A DNA stretch of 64,000 bases, taken from positions 1,658 to 65,657 of the forward strand of contig JAFGOR010000013.1 of NCBI GenBank assembly GCA_016926375.1. Direction: 5' to 3'. Positions 55,988-64,000 of the stretch are shown here, piece after piece. This stretch comes from Bacteroidales bacterium. Its GTDB lineage: Bacteria; Bacteroidota; Bacteroidia; Bacteroidales; UBA10428. The position numbers were made by a program, and so were the translations under genes. The notes beneath the pieces were generated by a model. That model had not been told where the DNA came from, did no database searches, and worked only from the letters and a program-made list of their open reading frames with translations. Each line of letters begins with the position of its first letter. Positions within the stretch are counted from its first letter, which is position 1.

Positions 55988-57064
55988 ATGAAGATACTGA
56001 TGACAACACCTACTATGGAAAGCAAAACGAGAACGAACAGAACATTGGAATTATTAAGATTTCAGGGCCGCAACAGCAAACCTGACAAACTTATGGTTAT
56101 AGCTGATGAGGACCACCTTGATATGATTTACGAGATGATGTCTCAGAAAAAGTGGGGCGTTCAGGTAGCTTACATTTTGTCGGATTCGCCTATTGCCCGT
56201 GTGCTTTTTCCAAAACATTCCAGAATTTACCCGATAAATGCAAACATCAGAAGCATTTTACGACACGACATTATTGATGAAATTGTTTGCTGCACCGCAT
56301 CGCTTCCGGATGAATACCTGAAGGAACTGACTGATATATGCCAGCAGTTCGGAGTTACCTTACAAATTCTTCCCTACATGAAATCAAAGGGCATTCCGGT
56401 ATCGGGCATCAGGGATATTGCCGGTTACCTGTTTCTTGCCCTGGAAACAAATCCCGGGAAACGTTTTGGCTATACATTAAAATCATTGGCTGAACAAACC
56501 TTCGCTGCATCTGCCCTGCTTGTTCTATCACCCATGCTGGCACTGATTGCCCTGCTGATAAAATATACATCTCACGGACCGGTTTTCTTCAGGCAAAAGC
56601 GTGTAGGTCTGAGGGGAAGAAGATTTTATATTTACAAATTCCGGACCATGGTGGCCGATGCAGAAAAACAAAAAGCCGCACTCAAAGAGCTTAATGAAGC
56701 AGACGGACCAGCTTTCAAAATTGTCAATGATCCCAGAATAACCCGCGTTGGCCGCATCCTGAGAAAAACCGGCATTGATGAAATACCCCAGTTATATAAT
56801 GTACTAATTGGCGATATGGCACTGATTGGCCCCCGACCCATGCTGCCCGATGAAGTTTATGCGCAGGAAGAATGGCATCTCAAGCGTTTGTGCATCAAAC
56901 CCGGCATCACCTGTACCTGGCAAATTCAACCCGAAAGAAATAAAGTACCTTTTAACGAATGGATGCAACTCGACCGCGAATACGTTGAAAACTGGTCATT
57001 GGGAAATGACATCAAAATATTCTTCGGAACATTCAAATCGATTTTTGCCGCCCGGGGCGCTTAA
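55988..57064 (+). CDS. Polyprenyl-phosphate glycosyl-1-phosphate transferase (bacterial sugar transferase family, WbaP/EpsL-like)
   Basis: 358 aa. N-terminal Rossmann-like region, one TM segment (ASALLVLSPMLALIALLI), then GPVFFRQKRVGLRGRRFYIYKFRTM, DEIPQLYNVLIGDMALIGPRP and KPGITCTWQI. Confidence 0.85.
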   Translation: MKILMTTPTMESKTRTNRTLELLRFQGRNSKPDKLMVIADEDHLDMIYEMMSQKKWGVQVAYILSDSPIARVLFPKHSRIYPINANIRSILRHDIIDEIVCCTASLPDEYLKELTDICQQFGVTLQILPYMKSKGIPVSGIRDIAGYLFLALETNPGKRFGYTLKSLAEQTFAASALLVLSPMLALIALLIKYTSHGPVFFRQKRVGLRGRRFYIYKFRTMVADAEKQKAALKELNEADGPAFKIVNDPRITRVGRILRKTGIDEIPQLYNVLIGDMALIGPRPMLPDEVYAQEEWHLKRLCIKPGITCTWQIQPERNKVPFNEWMQLDREYVENWSLGNDIKIFFGTFKSIFAARGA

Positions 57065-57147
57065 CGGGATTTTGTTGAAAGATGTTCATAAAACCGGTTG
57101 GCAAAACCGGTTTTTTTGCAATTACATCAGCTATTTTTGCTGCCATC

Positions 57148-58518
57148 ATGTATGCAATAGTTGATATTGAAACAACCGGTGGCAATCCCAAAAAAGACAA
57201 AATCACCGAAATTGCGGTTGTTCTGCACGACGGGCAAAAAGTAATTCATGAGTTTTCCACGCTGATCAACCCTGAATGCAGAATCCCGCATCACATCAGC
57301 TCGTTAACAGGCATTACCAATGAAATGGTTGCGGGCTCACCTAAATTTTATGAAGTAGCAAAAGAGCTGGTTGAACTGACCCGCGACCATGTTTTTGTGG
57401 CCCACAATGTTTCCTTTGATTACAATTTTGTTCGCAGTGAATTCCAGCGACTTGGTTATGATTACTGGCGCGAACAGTTATGCACAGTGCGTTTGAGTCG
57501 CAAAATCCTCCCGGGGCATCAATCCTACAGTCTCGGAAGATTATGCGACGACCTGAATATTTCCATCAACGGACGCCACCGGGCTATGGGCGATGCTGCA
57601 GCAACATCTGTTTTATTTGAAATGCTGGTGCGGGAGGAATCGCGTAACAACACCAATTATATTGCCGGTTCAGACAAAACTACCGGCATCAGAAATCCGC
57701 TCCTTGATACTGACAAACTGAAATGCCTGCCTGAAGTTCCCGGTGTTTATTATTTCTATAACCAGCAGACAGAACTGGTTTACATCGGGAAAAGCAAGAA
57801 TATCAAAAGTCGTGTGCTTTCACATTTTTCAAATCATTCATCGGGGAAAGCCATGCGCATGCAAACCATGGTAGCTGATGTTGACTGTGATTGTACAGGC
57901 AGTGAGCTGATTGCACTGCTCAGGGAATCCCATGAAATAAAAAAGCACCAGCCTGTTTTCAACCGCAGGCAGCGCCGGTCGATGTTTCGTTATGAACTGT
58001 GTTCTTATACCGATGATAAGGGGTACATCCGTTTTGTGTTGGATAAAACATCAGAAAGGCAGACGGCTCCCCTGAACACATTCACAACCAAAGCCGAAGC
58101 CCATGGTTTTTTAAACCGGATGATTGAACGGTTCGGTCTGTGCCAAAAGCTTTGCGGTGTTTACCCATCAGAAAACCACTGCTTTCATTATGAAATTGGC
58201 GCTTGTAAGGGTGCTTGCATTGGTAAGGAACCGCCTGTGAAATACAACCTCAGGGCAAATAAACTCCTTGATTTTTGCCGCTTTGGTTACCATAACCTGC
58301 TGATCATTGATGAAGGCAGAAATCGGGAAGAAAAATCGGTGGTTAAAATTGAAAAGGGCAAGTACATTGGGTTCGGATACTTTACTCCTTCATTTCAGGA
58401 ATACAACCCCGATATTATGCATGAATGCATTTCTTCCTATCCCGACAACAGGGAAGTTCAACAGATAATCAGGCAGTATCTCCACAACAATAATGTGGAA
58501 AGGATTATTGAGTACTGA
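57148..58518 (+). CDS. DEDDh 3'-5' exonuclease (DnaQ-like) fused to a GIY-YIG / UvrC-N-terminal (Cho-like) nuclease domain
   Basis: Start at MYAIVDIETTGG. Exo motifs are DIETTG, AHNVSFDYNF and HRAMGDA. GIY-YIG region is PGVYYFYN...LVYIGKSKNIKSRVLSHF. The Cys-rich UvrC-like segment is CFHYEIGACKGACIG. Confidence 0.8.
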   Translation: MYAIVDIETTGGNPKKDKITEIAVVLHDGQKVIHEFSTLINPECRIPHHISSLTGITNEMVAGSPKFYEVAKELVELTRDHVFVAHNVSFDYNFVRSEFQRLGYDYWREQLCTVRLSRKILPGHQSYSLGRLCDDLNISINGRHRAMGDAAATSVLFEMLVREESRNNTNYIAGSDKTTGIRNPLLDTDKLKCLPEVPGVYYFYNQQTELVYIGKSKNIKSRVLSHFSNHSSGKAMRMQTMVADVDCDCTGSELIALLRESHEIKKHQPVFNRRQRRSMFRYELCSYTDDKGYIRFVLDKTSERQTAPLNTFTTKAEAHGFLNRMIERFGLCQKLCGVYPSENHCFHYEIGACKGACIGKEPPVKYNLRANKLLDFCRFGYHNLLIIDEGRNREEKSVVKIEKGKYIGFGYFTPSFQEYNPDIMHECISSYPDNREVQQIIRQYLHNNNVERIIEY

Positions 58519-58557
58519 CAGCTTTTTCTAACTTTGCCGAAGATATTTCCATAAAAC

Positions 58558-61500
58558 ATGAATTATTTTTTCGAAGCACTAGACGGAGTTATTTACGCGG
58601 TTAAATCTTCCGTAACACTTGATCAGCAAACGTTCAGCAAGCTCTCCTGGTTGTTTGGGAAAGCGTCTCCTGTTGATGAGAAAAGCCTGTCCGGAGGATT
58701 TATTGGCCCCCGTAAGGAAATGATCACACCCTGGAGCACCAATGCCGTTGAAATAACCCAGAACATGGGTATTGAGCGAATCGAACGGATTGAATTGTTT
58801 CGGAAAGCAGGCAAGAATGACCCTTACGATGCCATGTTGCAGGTTTATTATGAAAAACTGGATCAGGATATTTTCATCATCCAACATACACCCGAGAGCA
58901 TTCTTTATATTGATGACATCGCCGAATACAACGCAAAGGAAGGTTTGGCACTGAGTGAGCCGGAAATTGAGTACCTCAGGGGCTTGTCAAAAAAGATTGG
59001 CAGAAAACTTACCGACAGTGAAATCTTCGGCTTCTCACAGGTTAATTCAGAGCATTGCAGGCATAAAATATTTAACGGATCCTTTGTTATTGATGGTGTA
59101 AAACAGGAGCTTACGCTGTTTCAGATGATCCGCAATACAACCAACCGGAATACCAACCGGGTGGTCTCCGCATATAAAGATAATTGTGCCTTTATCCAGG
59201 GCCCGCAGGTGATGCAATTTGCACCTGTCACACATGACAAGCCTGATTTCTTCAGGATGCGGCCCATCCAATCTGTTATCTCGCTGAAAGCCGAAACACA
59301 TAATTTTCCTACCACGGTAGAACCCTTTAACGGGGCTGCCACAGGTTCAGGTGGTGAAATCCGCGACCGTATGGCAGGAGGAAGGGGCTCGCTGCCGCTT
59401 ACAGGTACTGCCGTTTACATGACATCTTACCCGAGGCTGAATGGCGGACGTAAGTGGGAAAAAGGTCTGCCTGCCCGAAACTGGCTGTACCAATCGCCCG
59501 AACAAATACTGATTAAAGCCTCCAACGGAGCCAGCGATTTCGGTAATAAATTCGGACAACCCCTGATTTGTGGTAGCCTGCTTACCTTTGAACACACCGA
59601 AAACGGTAAATTCTGGGCCTTCGATAAGGTAATCATGCTGGCCGGCGGTGTGGGTTATGCCAATGAAGCACACAGCATTAAGGATACACCGGAAAAGGGC
59701 GATAAAATTGTGCTGCTTGGAGGCGACAATTACAGGATTGGCATGGGCGGTGGTGCCGTTTCCTCTGTTGCCACCGGAGAATATGATCATTCCATTGAGC
59801 TGAATGCAGTTCAACGCTCCAATCCCGAAATGCAGAAAAGAGTGTACAACGCCATCAGAGCTTTAGCCGAATCCGACAAGAATCCTGTTGTTTCCATACA
59901 TGATCATGGTGCCGGAGGGCATCTCAACTGTTTCTCGGAGCTGGTTGAAAGCACCGGAGGCACCATTCATATTGATAAACTGCCCATAGGAGATCCTACC
60001 CTTTCGGATAAAGAAATTATTGGTAACGAATCGCAGGAGCGGATAGGTTTGATCCTGAAAGAAAAAGACACTGAGCTGCTGGAGCGGATTGCAGATCGCG
60101 AAAGAGCTCCCCGGTATGTTGTTGGTGAAGCCACAGGAGACCAACAGTTTGTTTTTTCCAACAAAGACGGAAAAAAACCCATTGATCTTCAACTTGAGGA
60201 TTTCTTCGGCAACCCGCCCAAAACGGTGATGCAGGATAAAACTGTTGAAACATCATTTGCATCCGCGGAATGCCGGGTTGAGTTGATCCCTGAATACGTT
60301 GAAAACCTGCTCCAGCTTGAAGCAGTTGCCTGTAAGGATTGGCTGACCAATAAGGTTGACCGGTCGGTTACCGGACTGGTTGCCAAACAGCAAACCTGCG
60401 GTGCACTGCAACTCCCGCTTAACAACCTATCAATAACCGCACTGGATTATGTTGGTCATAGGGGTATTGGCTCTTCGCTGGGTCATGCTCCGTCTGCCGG
60501 CATCATCAATCCGGCTCACGGATCAATTTTATCCATTGCTGAGGCGTTAACCAATATTCTATGGGCGCCTATCGAAGGCGGAATTAAGGGTATATCACTT
60601 AGTGCCAACTGGATGTGGCCCTGCCGCCGTGAAGGGGAAGACGCCAGGCTGTATGTTGCTGTTAAAGCTGCCGGAGAATTCGCCGCTGCACTGGGTATCA
60701 ACATCCCCACAGGTAAGGATTCGCTCTCCATGACCCAAAAATATAAGGACGGCTCTGAAGTATATTCACCGGGAACGGTTATCATTTCTGCTGCTGCCGA
60801 AATCAGCAATTTCACAAAGGCTGTTGAACCTGCTGCCTGTGATAAACCCGGAAGCCGGATTATTTATATCGACTTCTCATCGGATTCCTTTAAAACAGGA
60901 GGCAGCGCGTTTGCCCAGTCGCTCAATTCCCTGGGTGGCAATGATACCCCGGTGGTGGCAAACCCGGCCTATTTTGTGAAGGCCTTTGAAACCGTTCAAA
61001 AACTGGTTGAAGAGCAATTGTTGCTGGCCGGGCACGACATTTCAACCGGCGGCATGATGGTAACCCTGCTTGAGATGTGCTTCCCTACTCCTAAGGCAGG
61101 AATGGAAATCAACCTGGATGCAATTCCCGAGGAAAGCCTGATCAAAATTCTTTTTAGTGAAAATCCCGGAATTATTGTGCAAACAGACAATCCATCTGTT
61201 GAAAAGATGCTCACTGACAATCAGATCAGGTTTTATACCATTGGACAATACCGGCAAGACAGCCGGGTACGTATTGTGAAGTCGGGTCAGCAATTTGATT
61301 TTGATGTGCCCCGACTAAGAGACACCTGGTTCAAAACTTCTTATTTACTGGACAGGAATCAGAGCGGGCCCGAACTGGCAGAAAAACGCTTTGTTCATTA
61401 CAAGAACCATATTCTTGATTTTCGGTTTCCTGAAAAATTCACCGGAAAACTCAGTCAATATGGAATCAACAAAACACGAACGGGGTTCACCGGAATAAAA

Positions 61501-62241
61501 TCAGCTATCATTCGCGAGAAAGGAGTCAATGGCGACCGGGAAATGGCTTACATGATGTACCTGGCCGGGTTTGATGTAAAGGATGTGCACATGACCGACC
61601 TCATATCCGGAAGGGAAAACCTGGAAGACATCAACCTGATTGTTTTTGTAGGTGGCTTTTCTAACTCCGATGTGCTGGGAAGTGCCAAAGGATGGGCCGG
61701 TGCTTTCCTATACAATGAGAAGGCCCGGAAAACGCTGGAAAACTTTTACGCCAGAAAGGATACCTTAAGCCTGGGCGTTTGCAACGGTTGCCAGCTGATG
61801 GCGGAACTCGACCTAATCAATCCCGAACACGCCGAGAAGCCAAAACTCCTGCGCAATGCCTCGCATAAATTTGAATCCTCCTTTTTAAGTGTCGACATTC
61901 CCGAAAACAAATCGGTTATGCTGGGCTCGCTGGCCGGCAGCAGGCTGGGAATATGGGTGGCACACGGAGAAGGTAAATTCAGTATGCCTTATGAAGAGAA
62001 CAAGTACCAGGTTGCCATGAAATACAGCTTTACAGAATATCCGGGCAATCCAAACGGCTCTGATTACCATATTGCCGGCATTTGTTCGTCCGACGGCCGG
62101 CACCTGGCCATGATGCCCCACCTGGAGCGGGCCACATTCCCCTGGAACTGGGCATACTACCCCGGTTGGCGAAAGAGCGACGAGGTTTCACCCTGGATCG
62201 AAGCCTTTGTTAATGCCAAGGAGTGGATTGAGAGGCAGTAG
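58558..62241 (+). CDS. purL: Phosphoribosylformylglycinamidine synthase (single-chain large PurL)
   Basis: 1227 aa. SEHCRHKIF, AETHNFPTTVEPFNGAATG, a duplicated AIR-synthase-like core and a C-terminal GATase with LGVCNGCQL and MMPHLER. Confidence 0.95.
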   Translation: MNYFFEALDGVIYAVKSSVTLDQQTFSKLSWLFGKASPVDEKSLSGGFIGPRKEMITPWSTNAVEITQNMGIERIERIELFRKAGKNDPYDAMLQVYYEKLDQDIFIIQHTPESILYIDDIAEYNAKEGLALSEPEIEYLRGLSKKIGRKLTDSEIFGFSQVNSEHCRHKIFNGSFVIDGVKQELTLFQMIRNTTNRNTNRVVSAYKDNCAFIQGPQVMQFAPVTHDKPDFFRMRPIQSVISLKAETHNFPTTVEPFNGAATGSGGEIRDRMAGGRGSLPLTGTAVYMTSYPRLNGGRKWEKGLPARNWLYQSPEQILIKASNGASDFGNKFGQPLICGSLLTFEHTENGKFWAFDKVIMLAGGVGYANEAHSIKDTPEKGDKIVLLGGDNYRIGMGGGAVSSVATGEYDHSIELNAVQRSNPEMQKRVYNAIRALAESDKNPVVSIHDHGAGGHLNCFSELVESTGGTIHIDKLPIGDPTLSDKEIIGNESQERIGLILKEKDTELLERIADRERAPRYVVGEATGDQQFVFSNKDGKKPIDLQLEDFFGNPPKTVMQDKTVETSFASAECRVELIPEYVENLLQLEAVACKDWLTNKVDRSVTGLVAKQQTCGALQLPLNNLSITALDYVGHRGIGSSLGHAPSAGIINPAHGSILSIAEALTNILWAPIEGGIKGISLSANWMWPCRREGEDARLYVAVKAAGEFAAALGINIPTGKDSLSMTQKYKDGSEVYSPGTVIISAAAEISNFTKAVEPAACDKPGSRIIYIDFSSDSFKTGGSAFAQSLNSLGGNDTPVVANPAYFVKAFETVQKLVEEQLLLAGHDISTGGMMVTLLEMCFPTPKAGMEINLDAIPEESLIKILFSENPGIIVQTDNPSVEKMLTDNQIRFYTIGQYRQDSRVRIVKSGQQFDFDVPRLRDTWFKTSYLLDRNQSGPELAEKRFVHYKNHILDFRFPEKFTGKLSQYGINKTRTGFTGIKSAIIREKGVNGDREMAYMMYLAGFDVKDVHMTDLISGRENLEDINLIVFVGGFSNSDVLGSAKGWAGAFLYNEKARKTLENFYARKDTLSLGVCNGCQLMAELDLINPEHAEKPKLLRNASHKFESSFLSVDIPENKSVMLGSLAGSRLGIWVAHGEGKFSMPYEENKYQVAMKYSFTEYPGNPNGSDYHIAGICSSDGRHLAMMPHLERATFPWNWAYYPGWRKSDEVSPWIEAFVNAKEWIERQ

Positions 62242-62259
62242 CAGCAGTGGCAGTGGCAG
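62235..62259. repeat. Hexanucleotide tandem repeat (gcagta gcagca gtggca gtggca g), the reverse complement of the TGCYRC run at 17460-17513
   Basis: Read directly from the sequence. It spans the purL stop codon (62239-62241). Confidence 0.85.
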
Positions 62260-62263
62260 AATA

Positions 62264-62291
62264 GCTGCGAGCTATGAGCTGTGAGCTGCGA
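62264..62291. repeat. Heptanucleotide tandem repeat, GCTRYGA x4 (gctgcga gctatga gctgtga gctgcga)
   Basis: Read directly from the sequence. It belongs to the same family as 10024-10051. Confidence 0.9.
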
Positions 62292-62296
62292 GAACA

Positions 62297-62323
62297 AATC
62301 TGCGCAATCTGCTCAACCTGCCT
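62297..62323. repeat. Nonanucleotide tandem repeat x3 (aatctgcgc aatctgctc aacctgcct), with a further aatctgcg at 62344-62351
   Basis: Read directly from the sequence. The last unit runs into the palindrome. Confidence 0.7.
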
Positions 62324-62337
62324 GCCGGCAGGCAGGT
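62316..62337. repeat. Perfect 22-bp palindrome acctgcctgccggcaggcaggt
   Basis: It is its own reverse complement. An imperfect copy lies at 17409-17431. Confidence 0.9.
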
Positions 62338-62353
62338 CAGCTTAATCTGCGAG

Positions 62354-62361
62354 TAATTTTG
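62354..62361 (+). promoter_or_regulatory. Candidate Bacteroidota -7 promoter box TAATTTTG
   Basis: Matches TAnnTTTG about 40 nt upstream of the GH13 gene start. No clear -33 element. Confidence 0.3.
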
Positions 62362-62399
62362 CGAGCATGTCTTCTGTAAGAAGCCAGCAGTAATGTTAA

Positions 62400-63599
62400 A
62401 TGGAAATTATGAGCAATTGGTTCAAAGAGGCTATAATATACCACATCCTGGTCGACCGCTTTGCCGGGTACCGGGAAGAAAGAAATCCGCACAAACCGGT
62501 ATTCCTGGGTGGCAATCTGAAAGGCATTGCCGGAAAAATCCCTTACCTGGTTAACCTGGGAATCAACACCATCTGGCTTTCGCCGGTTTATAAAACAACA
62601 GCCTATCATGGCTACCACATTACCGATTTTTATTCAACCGACAAGCGGTTTGGTTCGGAAAAAGATCTGAAAAATGTGATCGACCTGTGTCATCAGAATA
62701 ATATCAGGGTATTGCTGGATTTTGTTCCGAACCACTGCTCCAACAAACACCCTTTTTTTCAGGAAGCTGTTCACGACAAAAAGAGTAAGTACCGGAACTG
62801 GTTCTACTTTAATAATTTCAACAACAATTATTTATGTTTCCTGCACTTTCATGAACTTCCCAAATTAAACCTCGATTTTAAAGAAGCCCGTGACCATATT
62901 ACCGGAGCTGCCCGGCACTGGCTTCAGATGGGTGCCGACGGCTTCCGGCTGGACCATGCCATAGGCCCCTCTCATTCATTCTGGAAAACTTTTCGCAATG
63001 AGGTTCGGTTGGTTAACCCGGAAGCTGTGTTGATTGGTGAAGCCTGGTTGGAAGGGATAAATTTCAACATGTTGAAAACCATCCGGATCCGAAACAAATA
63101 CTGGCGGTGGTTATTCAGCTTCAAGCCCTGGGATATTGAGCGTGAATACATCGGTGAAATGGACGGCGTGCTGGATTTTTATTTCAGGCATCGCATAACG
63201 GAATATATTGCATGGAAAAACGATCCTGCTCACTACACACACCAACTGGAAGCATCCATAAGGCAACATTACCAGCGGTTTCCAGGTGATTACCTGCTCC
63301 CCTCATTTATTGAAAACCACGATATGAACCGGTTCCTGTATGATGCCGGCCAACATCGTGAAAAACTCAAAGATGCCCTTAAGTTTCAGTTTTCCCTCCC
63401 CCAACCTCCCATTTTATATTACGGAACCGAAACCGGGTTGACACATAACCAGCCGGTACACTGGGATGTTCCATTCTCCGACTTGCATGCCCGGCAACCC
63501 ATGCCTTGGGAGTCAATGGACATGGAACTGGTTGTTTTTTGTAAGGAATTGATTCAGAACAGAAAAAAAAGGCAATCCGAGATTAGTCAATTTCATTGA
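62400..63599 (+). CDS. GH13 alpha-amylase-family glycoside hydrolase (cytoplasmic)
   Basis: 399 aa (alternative start at 62409). WFKEAIIYHILVDRF, GINTIWLSPV, DFVPNHCS, GFRLDHA (nucleophile Asp), IGEAW (acid/base Glu) and FIENHDMNR. No signal peptide. Confidence 0.85.
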   Translation: MEIMSNWFKEAIIYHILVDRFAGYREERNPHKPVFLGGNLKGIAGKIPYLVNLGINTIWLSPVYKTTAYHGYHITDFYSTDKRFGSEKDLKNVIDLCHQNNIRVLLDFVPNHCSNKHPFFQEAVHDKKSKYRNWFYFNNFNNNYLCFLHFHELPKLNLDFKEARDHITGAARHWLQMGADGFRLDHAIGPSHSFWKTFRNEVRLVNPEAVLIGEAWLEGINFNMLKTIRIRNKYWRWLFSFKPWDIEREYIGEMDGVLDFYFRHRITEYIAWKNDPAHYTHQLEASIRQHYQRFPGDYLLPSFIENHDMNRFLYDAGQHREKLKDALKFQFSLPQPPILYYGTETGLTHNQPVHWDVPFSDLHARQPMPWESMDMELVVFCKELIQNRKKRQSEISQFH

Positions 63600-64000
63600 T
63601 GTTGAAAGGGGTCAGCTGGTATACATAATAATTCAGCCAGTTGTAATACAGCAGGTTCGCGTGGGCTTTCCAACGCGCCACCGGAGGTTTCGAGGGATCG
63701 TTTTCCGGAAAGTAATTGTAAGGAATTTCTATGGGCAACCCCTTTTTCAGATCACGTTCATATTCTTCTTTCAATGTTTCCGGGTCGTATTCAGAATGGC
63801 CGGTGACAAATATCTGCCGGCCACCCTTGTTCTTGACAATATAAATTCCTGCCCGGGCAGATTCAGATACGATTTCCAGTTCCGGAATTCGTTCAATATC
63901 AGACCGTCTCACTTCTGTGTGCCGTGAATGCGGAGCCAGGAAATCTTCATCGAAACCACGTACAAGCGGGATTTTCGGATTATTGACCTGGTGCGCGAAC
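63583..64000 (-). CDS. metA: Homoserine O-acyltransferase (MetA family), C-terminal part; the 5' end lies outside the window
   Basis: The translation continues in frame to the window edge (...FAHQVNNPKIPLVRGFDEDFLAPHSRHTEVRRSDIERIPELEIV...FVTGHSEYD...). APHSRHTE and GHSEYD are MetA hallmarks. It overlaps the convergent GH13 gene by 17 nt. Confidence 0.85.
   Translation of the reverse strand, partial: FAHQVNNPKIPLVRGFDEDFLAPHSRHTEVRRSDIERIPELEIVSESARAGIYIVKNKGGRQIFVTGHSEYDPETLKEEYERDLKKGLPIEIPYNYFPENDPSKPPVARWKAHANLLYYNWLNYYVYQLTPFNINEID

Overview
This 64-kb chromosomal segment looks like a Bacteroidota (Bacteroidia-like) genome. The evidence is a periplasmic beta-propeller/Y_Y_Y hybrid sensor kinase, a CarboxypepD_reg-type outer-membrane barrel, TAnnTTTG-like -7 boxes, and almost no Shine-Dalgarno sequences. 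I call about 52 protein-coding genes at high coding density. By eye I found no rRNA, tRNA, CRISPR array, transposase, integrase or phage genes. The content is mostly housekeeping and environmental sensing: carB, purL, ldhA, dcp, ridA, a LemA/HtpX pair and a heterodimeric ABC exporter. There is also a sulfur amino-acid neighbourhood (cysH-cysD-cysN, cysK, metY and a metA fragment), several two-component proteins, AraC/GntR/Rrf2/XRE/LuxR/LytTR regulators, a CE15 esterase, a GH13 enzyme and a sugar-phosphate transferase. I did not find a clear-cut defence, secretion or biosynthetic island. Five observations seem most worth a second look. (1) A family of intergenic elements is built from 6-, 7- and 9-nt tandem repeats around a GC-rich palindrome, at four sites (about 10.0, 11.8, 17.4 and 62.3 kb). 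(2) A Pst-type ABC importer without phoU appears co-transcribed with cysHDN, next to a divergent Cys-rich Rrf2 regulator. It may import a sulfur oxyanion rather than phosphate. (3) A NEW3-domain surface protein plus ABC-2 transporter operon has a strong GGAGG ribosome-binding site before all three genes, in an otherwise SD-poor window. (4) A tight four-gene operon encodes Nim-like PNPOx, a PepSY membrane protein, a DUF438-hemerythrin-PAS protein and a DUF1858/DUF2249 protein. (5) Near-identical CCCCGYCGGGG hairpin arrays bracket a gntR-SPFH gene pair. All functional interpretations are hypotheses from motif recognition. No database search was possible.
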